Source of the DNA: Octopus sinensis
Lineage: Eukaryota
Assembly (NCBI RefSeq): GCF_006345805.1
Contig: NC_043005.1
Coordinates: forward strand, 82,336,001-82,400,000
DNA length: 64,000 bases
Direction of reading: 5' to 3'
This document shows, piece after piece, positions 13,688 to 25,410 of the stretch. The position numbers and the translations under genes were made by a program. The notes under the pieces are model-generated. The model was not told the DNA's origin, did not search any database, and was given only the letters and a program-made list of their open reading frames with translations. Each line of letters begins with the position of its first letter. The first letter of the stretch is position 1.

Positions 13688-13950
13688 ACTAGGAACCCTG
13701 TGGTTAGGAACCAAACTTCTTACCATACAGCCACACATGCGCCAATGCAGCAAGTTGAATTTTGTTATTTTTATTTTGATATATGCATCCATCATAATTA
13801 ATATATATTATTATATATACGCGCGAGCGTAACCTACACAAACACATGCACACGCATATAAAACTACATATATTTATCTATCTGTACATTGCATGTTATC
13901 ACTTAATCTAAATCCCTCACTTGCACTAAAATAGAATCCTTTGATTTGGG
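13688..13950. repeat. Unit 2 of the triplicated SINE-head + flank segment
   Basis: Aligns by eye to 11075-11330 over about 250 bp. Confidence 0.65.
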
Positions 13951-14329
13951 AGTTTTAAAATAGTTCCTGGGTAATGGGTGACCATTTAAATCACCCTTTT
14001 CTCAGTCAGACACAATCGGCTCATGCTGCTACTATTGAAATACGCTCTGCATTACTCTAGAATTCTTCACTGTATGTACTCGGTGACGCCTTCTTTCAAC
14101 AATCATACGTGCTCGGCCAGTGTTGTGGTGATGCGTCTCTCCGAGATGCTAAAGGGGGGGGGGGGCTTTTGATTGTTATAATGGTTTCCGAAGGGGCCTT
14201 CAGTTGCGTCCACGTGCTTTCGCAGATTTGGTTGCCCACTTTGGTTTTTTTACTGCTACATTCGCATCCTGCCTCTGTCTCAGGTTTGGGCCTAAAATCT
14301 TTTATATGTTGGACGCACAGGTAAAAGAA

Positions 14330-15225
14330 AGTCTCAGGGTGTGCCTATTAAATATTTTGCTCATATATTTTATTGGTTACTTGTTTCAATCATTAGATTA
14401 CGGCGATGCTGGGGCACGGCCTTGAAGAATTTTTAATAAAATGAATCGATTCCAGCACATGTATCTCTTTCTTTGTTAACATGATTCTTTTTCTATCGGG
14501 CTCCTTTACGGAAGTGACAATTTACCGGGACATAAACACACTAAGACCGGTTTTCAAGTATGGTGTGAACCAAACACGTACAAAAACACACACACACACA
14601 CGCACACACATATCTACGTATATATAGATACACACACAGCGGGTGTCTTTCCCTCTCCGTCTACCAGAGCCACTCAGAGGGCTTTGGTCGGCTGCTGGCA
14701 GAAACGTTAGCACGCCGGGCGAAATGCTTTGCGGTATTTCGTTTGCGTTACGTTGTGAGTTCAAATTCCGCCGAGGTCGACTTTGCCTTTCATCCTTTCG
14801 GGGTCGATAAATTAAGTACCAGTTATGCACTGGGGTCGATGTAATCGACTTAATACCTATGTCTGTCCTTGTTTGTCCCCTCTGTGTTTAGCCCCTTGTG
14901 GGTAATAACGAAATAGGTATTTCGTCTGCCGTTACGTTCTGAGTTCAAATTCTGCCGAGATCGACTTTACATTTCATCCTTTCGGGGTCGATAACTTAAG
15001 TACCAATTACGCACTGGGGTCGATGTAATCGACTTAATCCCTTTGTCCTTGTTTGTCCCCTCTATATTTAGCCCCTTGTGGGCAATAAAGAAATAAGAAA
15101 GCTTTGGTCGGCTAGAGGCCATAGAAGAAGGCACTATCTTAAAGTACTATGAAGTGGCAGTGAACTAGGAACTATGTGGTTGGGAATCAAGCTATGTAGT
15201 TGGGAACCACACAGCCACGTTTGCG
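14330..15225 (-). mobile_element. tRNA-derived SINE family C, interrupted by a family A dimer
   Basis: Family C motifs (CATGCTGGGGCACGGCC, TTCCGTCTACC, GCTTTGGTCGGC, CCACACAGCCAC) lie on both sides of the nested insertion. Confidence 0.7.
14694..15100 (+). mobile_element. Family A SINE dimer, nested
   Basis: Head+body+body with junction GAAATAG|GTATTTCGTC. Perfect 13-bp TSD GCTTTGGTCGGCT at 14681-14693 and 15101-15113. Confidence 0.92.
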
Positions 15226-15420
15226 TCTCTAAATCGTGTTGAATTGATTTAAAAAAATATTTTATGAACACATCCATAATATATTAACATATACATGATT
15301 ATATATATGCGTACAAATATCTGCACAGACACACGTACACACATGTAAAGCTATTTATATATCTCTATCTGTAAACTACATGTTATTACTGACACATGTT
15401 CAAACATTTAAGCACTTAAG
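15164..15420. repeat. Unit 3 of the triplicated SINE-head + flank segment
   Basis: More diverged, but retains ACTAGGAAC, ACATCCAT, CTGCACA.ACAC, TCTCTATCTGT and CATGTTATTACTG. Confidence 0.55.
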
Positions 15421-15870
15421 AAACGTATTTCACCGGTGATGGAAGGCAGGAAGCGGAATTAGATCCTAGAATTGGATGATGCTGGCGCAATAATAACTCA
15501 GATCAGCATTCGGCCCTCAGATATGTTGAAGATGGCAACACAAATCCCCATTCGCTATTTCAGTTCGGTATTACTGCTTAGTCTCAGGTACAGTTATGAA
15601 TATTTGGTGATTAGTGAAAGTATACGATCGCAAATATGATTGGTCTCAACGGTGTTCCTGGTAAGAATTATTTGAGTAACGTAAGCCGACAGGTTGCGTA
15701 GCGCAGAGATCAGCGTGTCTCTTCAAGTGGAGCCGTTGCTTTTATCCACTGAGAGGTACTAAGGACATGTGATTATAATGTCGTAAGAAAGTCTCGTGAG
15801 AAAGATACTTCAAGCAGAGCCGAACCGGCAGGAAACATAAAGTCAGAAAAAGGAGATGCTTAGATAATAT

Positions 15871-16283
15871 ACATAGTCTTACTCTTTTACATGTTTCAGT
15901 CATTTAACTGTGACCATGCTGGGGCACCGAATTTAGTCACGCAAATCGACCCCAGGACTTCTCGGTCTCTTTTGCCGAACCGCCAAGATACGGGGACCTA
16001 AACACACCAGCATCGGTTGTCAAACGTTGTTGGGGGCGGACAAACACACACACAAACATACATACACCCACACACACATATACACCCACACACACACATA
16101 CACACACACACAAATATATATATAGATATATATACATATATACCACGGTCTTCTTTCAGTTTCCGTCTACCAAATCCACTCAAAAGGCTTTAGTCTATAG
16201 TAGAAGACACTTGCCAAGTTGCCACTCAGTGAGACTGAACTCGGAACCATGTGGTTCGTAATCAAGCTACTTACCACACAGCT
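15871..16283 (-). mobile_element. tRNA-derived SINE family C, near full length
   Basis: Head (GTGTGGTAAGTAGC..GGTTCCGAGTTCAGTC), central (TG)n spacer and 3' domain with CCAGCATGGTCACAG..CTGAAACA tail. Confidence 0.8.
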
Positions 16284-17002
16284 AGTTTATGAAGCTTCAG
16301 AATCCAGCTAGAAAGTCTTATGATAGGCCCCTACGGATGAGCTGTTTCAGGTTTCTACCACACGACCCTTTCAGGAAGAGTCGGTGGAAAAGATAGAAGA
16401 ATGGATGCATATATCGCATGTTAAACTGAATCTTCTAAACAATAAATAAACAGCACAATTTATTTTGATATCTCTACTGCATAGAATAAACATCTAGCCA
16501 GAAAAAATAGAGATAATTTGAATGAACACTGAATAAATTATATAGAAAATATCAAATAAAATGTATAGTATAGAATACGTTATTGTCTTGCGTCTAAGTG
16601 GACATTTTTCAGTCTCTCCAAATTGCATAATTTCATTAAAAAAAATAATGCTGAAATGAAATTACAACTAGCCTATAACTAGCTTGCATTGAGAGCAACT
16701 GTTTTCTGATATTTTTTATAACTTTTTCGAAGCCGTGAAACACTTTATTATACTGTTTTTGTATATTCGAAATTATATAAATGTAATTATTTTTGCTAGC
16801 TTCAGGTACATTGTTGTAAAAGCAACTAGTTTCAATGATTTGATAAATCTTATAAAATGTTATCGAAACATGTCAGTGGATATTCTAGATTCGATTTTTT
16901 TTTGTTACGAAGATGTTTATTTTTCATAATCAATGAGGTGATAGTAGTTGTAACATTTCTTAATATGCGAAACAAATATTGATGTAACGGTCGTATTCTC
17001 GA

Positions 17003-17330
17003 CCAAGGTCGACATTGCCTTTCATCCTTTCGGGGCGATTAAATAAGTACCAGTTACGCACTGGGGTCGATATAATCGACTTAATCTGTTCGTCTGTCCT
17101 TGTTCGTCCCCTCTGTGTTTAGTCCTTTGTGCTTAGTAAATAAATATGTATTTCGTCGGCCGCTACGTTCTGAGTTCAAATTCCGCCGAGGTCGACTTTG
17201 CCTTTCATCCTTTCAGGGTCGATAAATTAAGTACCAGTTACGCGCTGGGGTCGATATAATCGACTTAATCCGTTTTTCTGTCCTTGTTTGTCCCCTCTGT
17301 GTTTAGCCCATTGTGGGTAGTAAAGAAATA
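17003..17330 (+). mobile_element. 5'-truncated family A SINE dimer
   Basis: Partial body plus full body. Perfect 11-bp TSD CGTATTCTCGA at 16992-17002 and 17331-17341. Confidence 0.92.
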
Positions 17331-17899
17331 CGTATTCTCGATTATTTTGCTGAATGTAAATGATGCATGTTACACGGAGAGAAAGGGAGAGAGAGCGAGA
17401 GATAGATAGATAGATAGATAGATAGATAAATAAACTGAGAGAAAGAGAGAGAGAGAGAAAAAAATGTTGATAGTGTATGGTAAATTATGATTCATTACGA
17501 AATTATATTTATATTAAGCGAGCTCAATTATTCGCAGAGCGAGAGAATTAAGCTATTTTTGCATAAAAGAACTGATGTCTTTTTTTCGAACTTTGGATGA
17601 AGGACATGTGATGAAAGATGTTTTAACAGTCACGAAGCTTAATTCGTGGTTACATTTCTGTTAGTTGTCATGAGATCGCCAGTTCGATCCTACTGTGTGG
17701 AATCTCCGGCATTCCGGCATGTGCACTGTACGTAAGGCTCCGGTTGACGAAAACCTTGTGGATAAATTGGAATTATTCGAAGTGACACGTACAACCAATG
17801 ATGATCCCTGCCGTACTAACTCCGTGTATATATATATATATATATATAATATATATATATATATGTTCTTTAATTGTATTGCTCATGTCGTTCACAAAT

Positions 17900-18180
17900 G
17901 ACTGAATTCCTACTTTCCCAGGAGATGGATGGGTCATTGTCGTCCGCATGAGTGACCAGGAAGAAGTCCTAACTTAACAACCTGTGACTTCTTACTTTAG
18001 GGTTTGTTAAAGGAACACATCTGCTGTACCAAACCGAAGACTTTGGAAGAACTTGAATGGTGAATATCAGAAGTTATGTCTTCCGTTCCTCAAGAGTTTC
18101 TGGTGAAATCAGTTGACGCAATTTCTGGGCGACTCAAGAAGCTGATGGAGCCAAAATCAAATTATAAATGAGACTCCATA
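17900..18180 (+). pseudogene. Tc1/mariner-superfamily transposase C-terminal fragment
   Basis: WMGHCRPHE*PGRSPNLTTCDFLL*GLLKEHICCTKPKTLEELE resembles the WPPRSPDLTPCDFFLWG motif, with in-frame stops. Confidence 0.75.
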
Positions 18181-18331
18181 CTAAAAGCTTTCCTCACATA
18201 CCCATTTTATAGTAAAAATTACAATTAAGAAATAATTCATAAGTATGTTAATATATATATATATATATATATACTGTGTGCGTAACGTATTTACAGTCAT
18301 AGCTTTTTGGGGTCATTGTTGCATTTTAAAC

Positions 18332-18362
<31 letters not shown>

Positions 18363-19849
18363 GTATGTACGTGTGTGTGTGTGAGCGTGTATGACGGTAG
18401 GGTGGGAGTGTATGTGTGTATTTCTGTGTGTGTTTCTTTGTATATTTATGTGCATGTGTGTGTGTCTTTGTGTAGGTGTCATTACAGTTTGCCTTGTGTT
18501 TCTTAATTTAAAAAAAAAACAACTCTTGCCTTCTATTTCTCTCGGAGTGCTTGAGTGTCATTTGTGGTAGATCGAACAATATCATCGAATTTTCCGTCTA
18601 GTTTGAATTTTCTTCTATCCAAAGTTACTTCATGTGAAAGTGCGACAGTGAATTAATGAGTCCCGTTATAACTTTTCCTTCATGTGTTTCGTGAGTATTG
18701 CAAAGTATTCGAATATAAAGTCTTTTATACATTTGTGTTATCGTTAATTTTCTTTTCTCTATGATTCAATGATATCTGTGGAGATGGAAAGAACGATAAA
18801 TAAGAAAATACTAATGAAAAATCTGAATTTATAACCTCTGAATGGCTGAACTAATGGTGTTGGTTTTCCATCGTCTTGATTTAACAATTAGCGAATAGAA
18901 TATTTTCTCCAGAGACGACACTTCAGCATTCTCTATAAATACCTAATTCAAATACGATTTTAAATAGACAACGAAACTCTTAAACAATACCCGTACGAAT
19001 CGAAAATACGTCGCAATCACGTCCATAAAATATAACCTCCACGTCAATCAAGTGAAATATAGTTTAATGTTCTCTGCGTTATGTATATGGATTAGAAAGA
19101 CCGAGTCTAAGTGCTACGTGTAGTTTACAAACATGAGTAATAAAGAATATACGATTTATAAGACGTAAATACGGAATCAATGTTTGTTTCGAAGATATTT
19201 GTCTTATATATATTCCCCATGTTTAACCATATAAAAATCATTTTTGCAATTATTGCTGACGTCTGAAATTTATACACGTCGACGACTCAAGTAATTTTTA
19301 GACGGAAAATAAATTTCCGATACGTTCTAGCAATCTAAACTTTATTATGAAAAATATTAAACGTATACTTCATCATAATAGTGCTAGGTGATCGGACAGC
19401 TGTCAACATTTACTTATATTGTCTGTGCAGTAAAAAGAGAAAGCACACACTAAAAAAAAAAAGAAAATAAACCACACAAAATATTTGAAAAAATATCGAC
19501 ATCGACATTCGAGTCCTAACTGTTATAAAGAGGAAATCAGACAATGATCTGTCTTGGTGAAGGTGATGGTGTTAATTGCAGTGATTTCATACATTGGCAC
19601 AATGTAATACATTTATAGGGAACGACTATTGTCAATTACATAGAGACTTGTGTATTATTTATAAGCGATTTTATAACCCCACAGGGGAGAATGATAAATG
19701 ATTGAATTTGAACAGAAATAATAGTACGTTATTAGATTGTCACAAGGCCAAAAACTAGATCTATTTTATTGAGAGCTCAACACTAGTTTTTTAAATATTT
19801 TTATATATTTTCTATCAAATGAACTTAATAATAATAATAATTTTTTTAA

Positions 19850-20050
19850 ATACTGGCACAAGGGCTAAATTATGAAGTTGAGAGGTGGCTAGCCTATGGC
19901 ATCGACCCCAATATTTCACTGGTACTTATCCTATCGACCCCGGAAGGATGAAAAGTAATATCGACTTTGGCTGAATCTGAACTCAGAAAGTAAAAACGGA
20001 TAAAATATGGATAAGCATTTTGCGCAGTGTGATAGCGATTCTGCTAGCTT
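19850..20050 (-). mobile_element. Diverged family A-related SINE
   Basis: CATCGACCCC..TGGTACTTAT..ATCGACCCCGGAAGGATGAAA..ACTCAGAA..GATTCTGCTAGC motifs. Confidence 0.65.
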
Positions 20051-20364
20051 ACTAACTTGATTAGGTGTCTTAATTCTGAGCGTCTTCACACGTTGATCAG
20101 AAGATCTACCCTAGCGCCAGATATAGAATATTCTTGAACGATGAGCCAGCTCCCATGGCTTGGACAGATCCATAAGAAAAACCCACATCTCGTAATTGTC
20201 TAATCGTACAAGTGAATGCGTGTCGGGAGTGTATATTGCTCTTCGGCAATTATCGCTTACGAAGTTATTTTGCCCTCAAATGGATTTGAAACAAGGACTG
20301 TAAAATATTTCGATGATATTTGAAACGGGAATGTAAATACAGGTGACTAAACATCGCAATGAAT

Positions 20365-20552
20365 GTTCTATATTTTAGAGATGAAGTATTCTGTACATTA
20401 TTTACATTGGACGGATATGTGTCCACACCTTGCTTGTTGTTACAAAAGTCTACCAGAACATATGATGAAAGTTAGAGAGTAAATCAAGGGAAACGTTGTG
20501 GTGACAACAAACATGATGAGGATACATATCCGTCAAAAGTAAATAATGTAAT
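20365..20552. mobile_element. Palindromic element with degenerate hammerhead at its axis, flanked by an 11-bp direct repeat
   Basis: Arms 20394-20443 and 20501-20550 are 42/50 complementary. The axis has AACAT-ATGATGA...GAAACGTT-GTGGT. TCGCAATGAAT occurs at 20354-20364 and 20553-20563. Confidence 0.7.
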
Positions 20553-21483
20553 TCGCAATGAATATCATTCGTCTCTCCACATGATCGGCCAATATACTTC
20601 CTTTGCAACAATGCTACTAACATAGTTAAACGCCTTTGTTTTCTGTGCAACATAGACCGTCAACGATATTTCTCCGCTGTTCACGAATCTGCGCTGACTT
20701 CCCTTTTCCGGGTCTTGCAGGTTTTGAATTTTAACTGATGTTAATTTTTGTAGATTGGCGTGTGACTCTACATAAAACCATTTTTGTTTGGGATAAGATA
20801 TTTCTCTGGTTTGAATACTTTGACCTGACCAGTATGGAGGGCGCTACAAGGAAATTGCACTCCGCTGGTATAGCTCCCAGGCTCATCGAAGCACATAATC
20901 CGTAGCACTGCGACACGGCCATTAATTTCTTGCGCTTAGAACAGCAGTAGTCATGGTAAATGATCTTAAGTAAATACATAATTACCTTTCTGCAGCCCAC
21001 GCTATTATACCACTCTGCTTCTATCTTCTCCCCAAACACACACACACACACGTATCTAAACATTTTTCTAGTTTGGCTTACAGCGAAAAAACAAAAAAAA
21101 ATACAAGGCAAAACACATTTAAAATGATGTTTTATGTAAATCACTGTCAGTGTTTACTCTAGCAAGTAAATGACAATGATTAAATCTATATAATCCTGAA
21201 TCGGACATTCAAACTATTTAATGATGTCGGTCGTCTTTTATTGCTTTCAAAGCTAAAGATGAAAGACATCTATAATTCGAATACGAGAGGAAGTAAAGCC
21301 TACTTTGCGTAATTTTACGGCACAATATATTTTCGTTCAAATGTCAGCCTTAGGATAGTTTTGGAATTAATTACTGGAATAGCAAGAACACAATTACAAA
21401 GGAATACATACAACAATGTTGAATGGTAGTAGGAGCCAGGATTTTATTTCAGAAATATCTACAAAATATGCCATGTGGCGCGA

Positions 21484-21514
<31 letters not shown>

Positions 21515-21573
21515 GAGGTTTTATTAAGACAATAATGCCTGACTTGACAGAAATTTATCTTTTAGCTCTAGCA

Positions 21574-22735
21574 CAGTGGTACTTAACTTGGGTCTATGTG
21601 GCTCCTGAGGGTCCATATCATTTTTTTTTGGGTGGGGGTGACCATGTAAGAAAATAGTAATTTGGGAGTACACAATAATATTTTAAGTTTCTCTGACAAA
21701 ATGTTGCTTGAGATGTATGTATTGGTATATACGAGATGTCAAAAAACATTCTGACCTTTTGCCAAAAACACAATATTTAAAAAGTCACCATTTTGATTTA
21801 GTCACCTCCAAATTATTCGCCTTGTAAGTCTACACATTTCGGGCAGCGTTCCTGCCACAGCTGGAAACATTTCTGGAAATCACATTTTGAGATGCTGTGG
21901 AGCTGTGCCGACGAATTTTATTTAATATCATGTTGACTCAAATCTTCTATCTTTGAGTGATTTTTTAGCTTTTGGAATAGCCAAAAGTCACACAGAGGCA
22001 AGTCTGGGGTATAGGATGCCTGACGAACAAGTTGTGTATTTTGTTTGACGAGGAATGACTGGACGACGTGGGCGGAATGAGCGGGTGCGTTATCAGGGTG
22101 GAGTTGCTAGTTCTTTTTGGTGTCCACAAACCGTGTCGTTTTTCCCGCACAACTTCACGAAGGTGACGATGAATACACAGGTAGTATTCTTTGTTACTTG
22201 TCTGGCCACAACGTGGCTAACTGTCCACTGAAATGAGACCACCTTTGGACCGGTTGAACCAGCCCTTTGTGTTTTTTCATAGCATCATCTCCAAAAGCCT
22301 TCTGAATCTTTCTGGTAACCTGACAGAATTTGATACGGTGTCTTTGCTCAATGCGCTCAGTCATCTTGACTCAAAAACAAAAATCGCACAGGACACACTA
22401 CATGTCTGTACGCAACGCCCCACTGTAGGTGAATGGCGCAATCTACTGACACGAAAACTTTGTGCATGTTCATGAAGGAAGCGGCCGCCAAATACCCATT
22501 ACGATTTTGCTCACGCATTATTATTTTGGGGTAAAAATGCAAAATGCAACTAGGTTTCTTCTTCGTGCTTTTTACATAGTTTAACTTACCCAAGTTAATT
22601 CGTAACAAGCAAAATCTGAATTTTGAAAAACGTATCTATAAAACTAGTTTTTAAACATCGAATGTCTATGAGGGTTTAACAGAATAAAATAATAATCAAA
22701 GGGGTCCATACATAAAAATTGGCTGAGAACCTCTT
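21574..22735. mobile_element. hAT (Charlie-like) MITE with nested mariner derivative
   Basis: Degenerate termini CAGTGGTACTTAAC and GCTGAGAACCTCTT with GGGTCCAT subterminal motifs. 8-bp flanks CTCTAGCA and TTCTATCA match 6/8. Confidence 0.6.
21732..22550 (-). mobile_element. Internally deleted mariner-like element
   Basis: Minus strand encodes MTERIEQRHRIKFC..RKIQKAFGDDAMKK, then LHPDNAPAH..YTPDLPLCDFWLFQKLK..CFQLWQERC with frameshifts. Left end TA|CGAGATGTCAAAAAAC; the right TIR was not found. Confidence 0.8.
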
Positions 22736-22889
22736 TTCTATCAGGTCTAAGGATCCTGTAGATGGTTCATAGTTGATTCGTAGTACTGACGTATATAATT
22801 TATCTTTTACCTTTTACATGCTTCAGAGATTAGACTGCGGCCATGCTGGGGTACCGCCTTGAAGGGCTTTAGTCGAACAAATCACCTTG

Positions 22890-23410
22890 TTAATTTTCTT
22901 CATTTAAGCGTTCTTGTAAATGAATTGTATCTTTACACTGGTAGAAGGGAAAAACTGTGAAATTTCTTTTGATATAACCTGTAAATTTCTCTAATATGTC
23001 TGTATTGCGGGTACCTGATATGCTCTTTATTTACAGTAGTTATCCGTCTCCATGTCATATTAGTCTGTCCTATATAGTGATAATCCACAACCCGAGCAGG
23101 TTATTACATAAATTAGGTTCTCAGAGGCACAAGTAAAGTTGGTTTTAATTGTGAAATTCTCTCCTTGTTTGAAAAGGAAATCCAAGCCTTCAAGTAGGTT
23201 GGGGCATGTTCCACAGTTTGGTCGTCCACATTTTTAACCGTTGATTTCGTGGTTGTTGTGTAATGCTTCGCATTAGTTAGCGGTTTCTTTAGTGATTTGT
23301 GTTGCTTTCTGCATTTGATGAGTTTATGCGCTTTCAGGATGTTGTTAATTTTTAGGTCTCTAGTTAGTAAATGGGTCCATATATGAGAGTGTGTGTATAT
23401 TTTCGTCACA
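22890..23410 (-). pseudogene. Penelope-like element fragment (Neptune-type): Cys-rich linker + GIY-YIG endonuclease
   Basis: With frameshifts: LKAHKLIKCRKQHKSLKK..KCGRPNCGTCPNLLEG..FTIKTNFTCASENLIYVI(T)CSGCG..YIGQTNM (YIG at 23068-23076). Confidence 0.85.
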
Positions 23411-24597
23411 TAACTGACTGGAAACCGATGCTGGTTTGTTTACAATATCCTAATAGGTAGTTCGACAAAAGACTCGGATGGTATATTTATAACACTCAAA
23501 AAAGTATGTGCTGGGGGGTGCATCTTTCTAAGAAACTCTTCAAGGCAGGGCACCAGAATGACTGTAGTGCAATAATTGAAACACCTAAGAACAGAAATAT
23601 GTTTTATCTTCAGTGTGTTCGTTATTGCATAGTTACTGTGTATTCACTTGGCATTAGCATGTTGACAGTAATGGAAAGTGCATGTTTAGCTACATTTCGA
23701 AATATATTCATAATTGATGTTTATGACTAAGCGGCCATTTTAACGTCATATCTCAAAACTAAAGCAAAGTCTAGCAAATAGGGAAATAGTTTCACATATT
23801 GTCATATAACAGATACGAAAGAGGTGAAAAAAATAATTCAGGGTTTCTAGAAGCAGAAAAAGAAAATACATCACTTTAAGAGTAAAGTAAGAATTCTTTC
23901 GTGAACATAAAACAGTCATAATGATGCATGATCAACGACTAGTGACGGGTCTACATGATAAATACGCTATGTTACTAGAAGATTGTAATGGCATTCATGA
24001 TAAAATGCATTACTGAAAGGATAACAAGGTTTTTTAACGGCAAAACTAGAATTTTGTTTTATACACAACATAAGATATTGCGTGTATTTGGTACATCGGA
24101 AATCGAATTGTGGTTCACAAAAGCAGGGATTATATCTTGGATGATAAATGGCTCAATCAGTCCCATAGGTCTTTATCACCTGACAAGTATTTCAACAGAT
24201 AGATAAACGAATAGATTCGGCCGAAGCACAACATTTTCCTTCTTTAGAATTAAGAAATATTTCATGCTTAAGTGATTAGAAAAGTCACTGAGGAAAGAGA
24301 ATAAAAGCGTGATGGCGGCTGGCTTCAATATATTTTCTACTCTACTTTGGAACAAAAGTTTTGCTCACTTCTTACATACCCCGCTCCTTGAGAAATATTA
24401 TCTTTAGAGTGTTATATATTATGTTTAGAGTGTTATATATTAACGAGTTATATATCTATATATAACTCGTCGTACATATATAAACATACAGAACCGCATA
24501 TGTTCGACATCTACATGTATACACGTTTTCAAACTCATTCATAATTATGTCTAATATATTTATATTTATACATACATGTATTTACATTTGCATTATG

Positions 24598-24634
<37 letters not shown>

Positions 24635-24811
24635 CACTGGTGACAATCTGTATCGGCCTTTGCCTTAACCGTTGGACAACTGGACAAAAGAGGTGGTATG
24701 GAGGGGCGAGGCTGGTATTGATGGGCTGCTTAAACAACATTGCCCGGACTTGTGGCTTGGAGGGGAACATCCTAAGAGCAATCCCATGATCATTCAAGAC
24801 CGAAGGGTGTC

Positions 24812-24858
<47 letters not shown>

Positions 24859-25254
24859 GCATTATTTAGTTATTGAGTAAACCAACAGTTACATCTTCCG
24901 AGGAGAGATAAATATAAGTTAATATACACGAGATTTAAGGTGAACTTGAAGTAATGTTGGGCACACAGGAAAAATGCTTGGCGGCATTCCTTCGTCTCTT
25001 TACTCTGAGTTCAAATTGCGTAGATGTCAACTTTACTTTTCATCCTTTCAGCGTCAACAATCAACGTACCCTCTCCCCCGAATTGTCCCAGAATTTGAAA
25101 CAAATATACGCTGGAGTTATATGCAAACTACTATAGAGAGTCATAAAACCTATTGTAATTACATCCTTTGTACATTCAATGTTACGTATACGCATAAATA
25201 TATATATACACACATACACATATATATGCATACGTGAGTATACACGTATGCACA

Positions 25255-25410
25255 TATATATCTTTCACCACACTTTCTCTTACTCTTTCTTCTGTTGGCC
25301 TGCTCCCTTAGCCAGCGGGGTGGCGTCATTCGAAGACTAAAACAATGCGAACGCATTGTGACCAGCGATGTGTAACAACATCTGATGGTCTGGTAGGTCA
25401 CGTGATATAT
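25255..25410 (+). mobile_element. 3' fragment of the SINE family also at 58333-58646
   Basis: TCTTCTGTTGGCCTGCTC..TTAGCCAGCGGGGTGGCGTCATT..GCATTGTGACCAGCGATGTGTA is the reverse complement of the sequence at about 58345-58470. Confidence 0.8.

Noticed and set aside
16340-16390. Minus-strand CTGAAAG..GGT/ACC..GAAACAGCT hammerhead-like string
   Set aside because: Core order is wrong, there is no NUH triplet and no stem I.
20560-20760. RKYIGRS on the minus strand as a possible GIY-YIG remnant attached to the 20.4-kb hammerhead
   Set aside because: Similarity is too weak, and the 11-bp direct repeat places this sequence outside the element.
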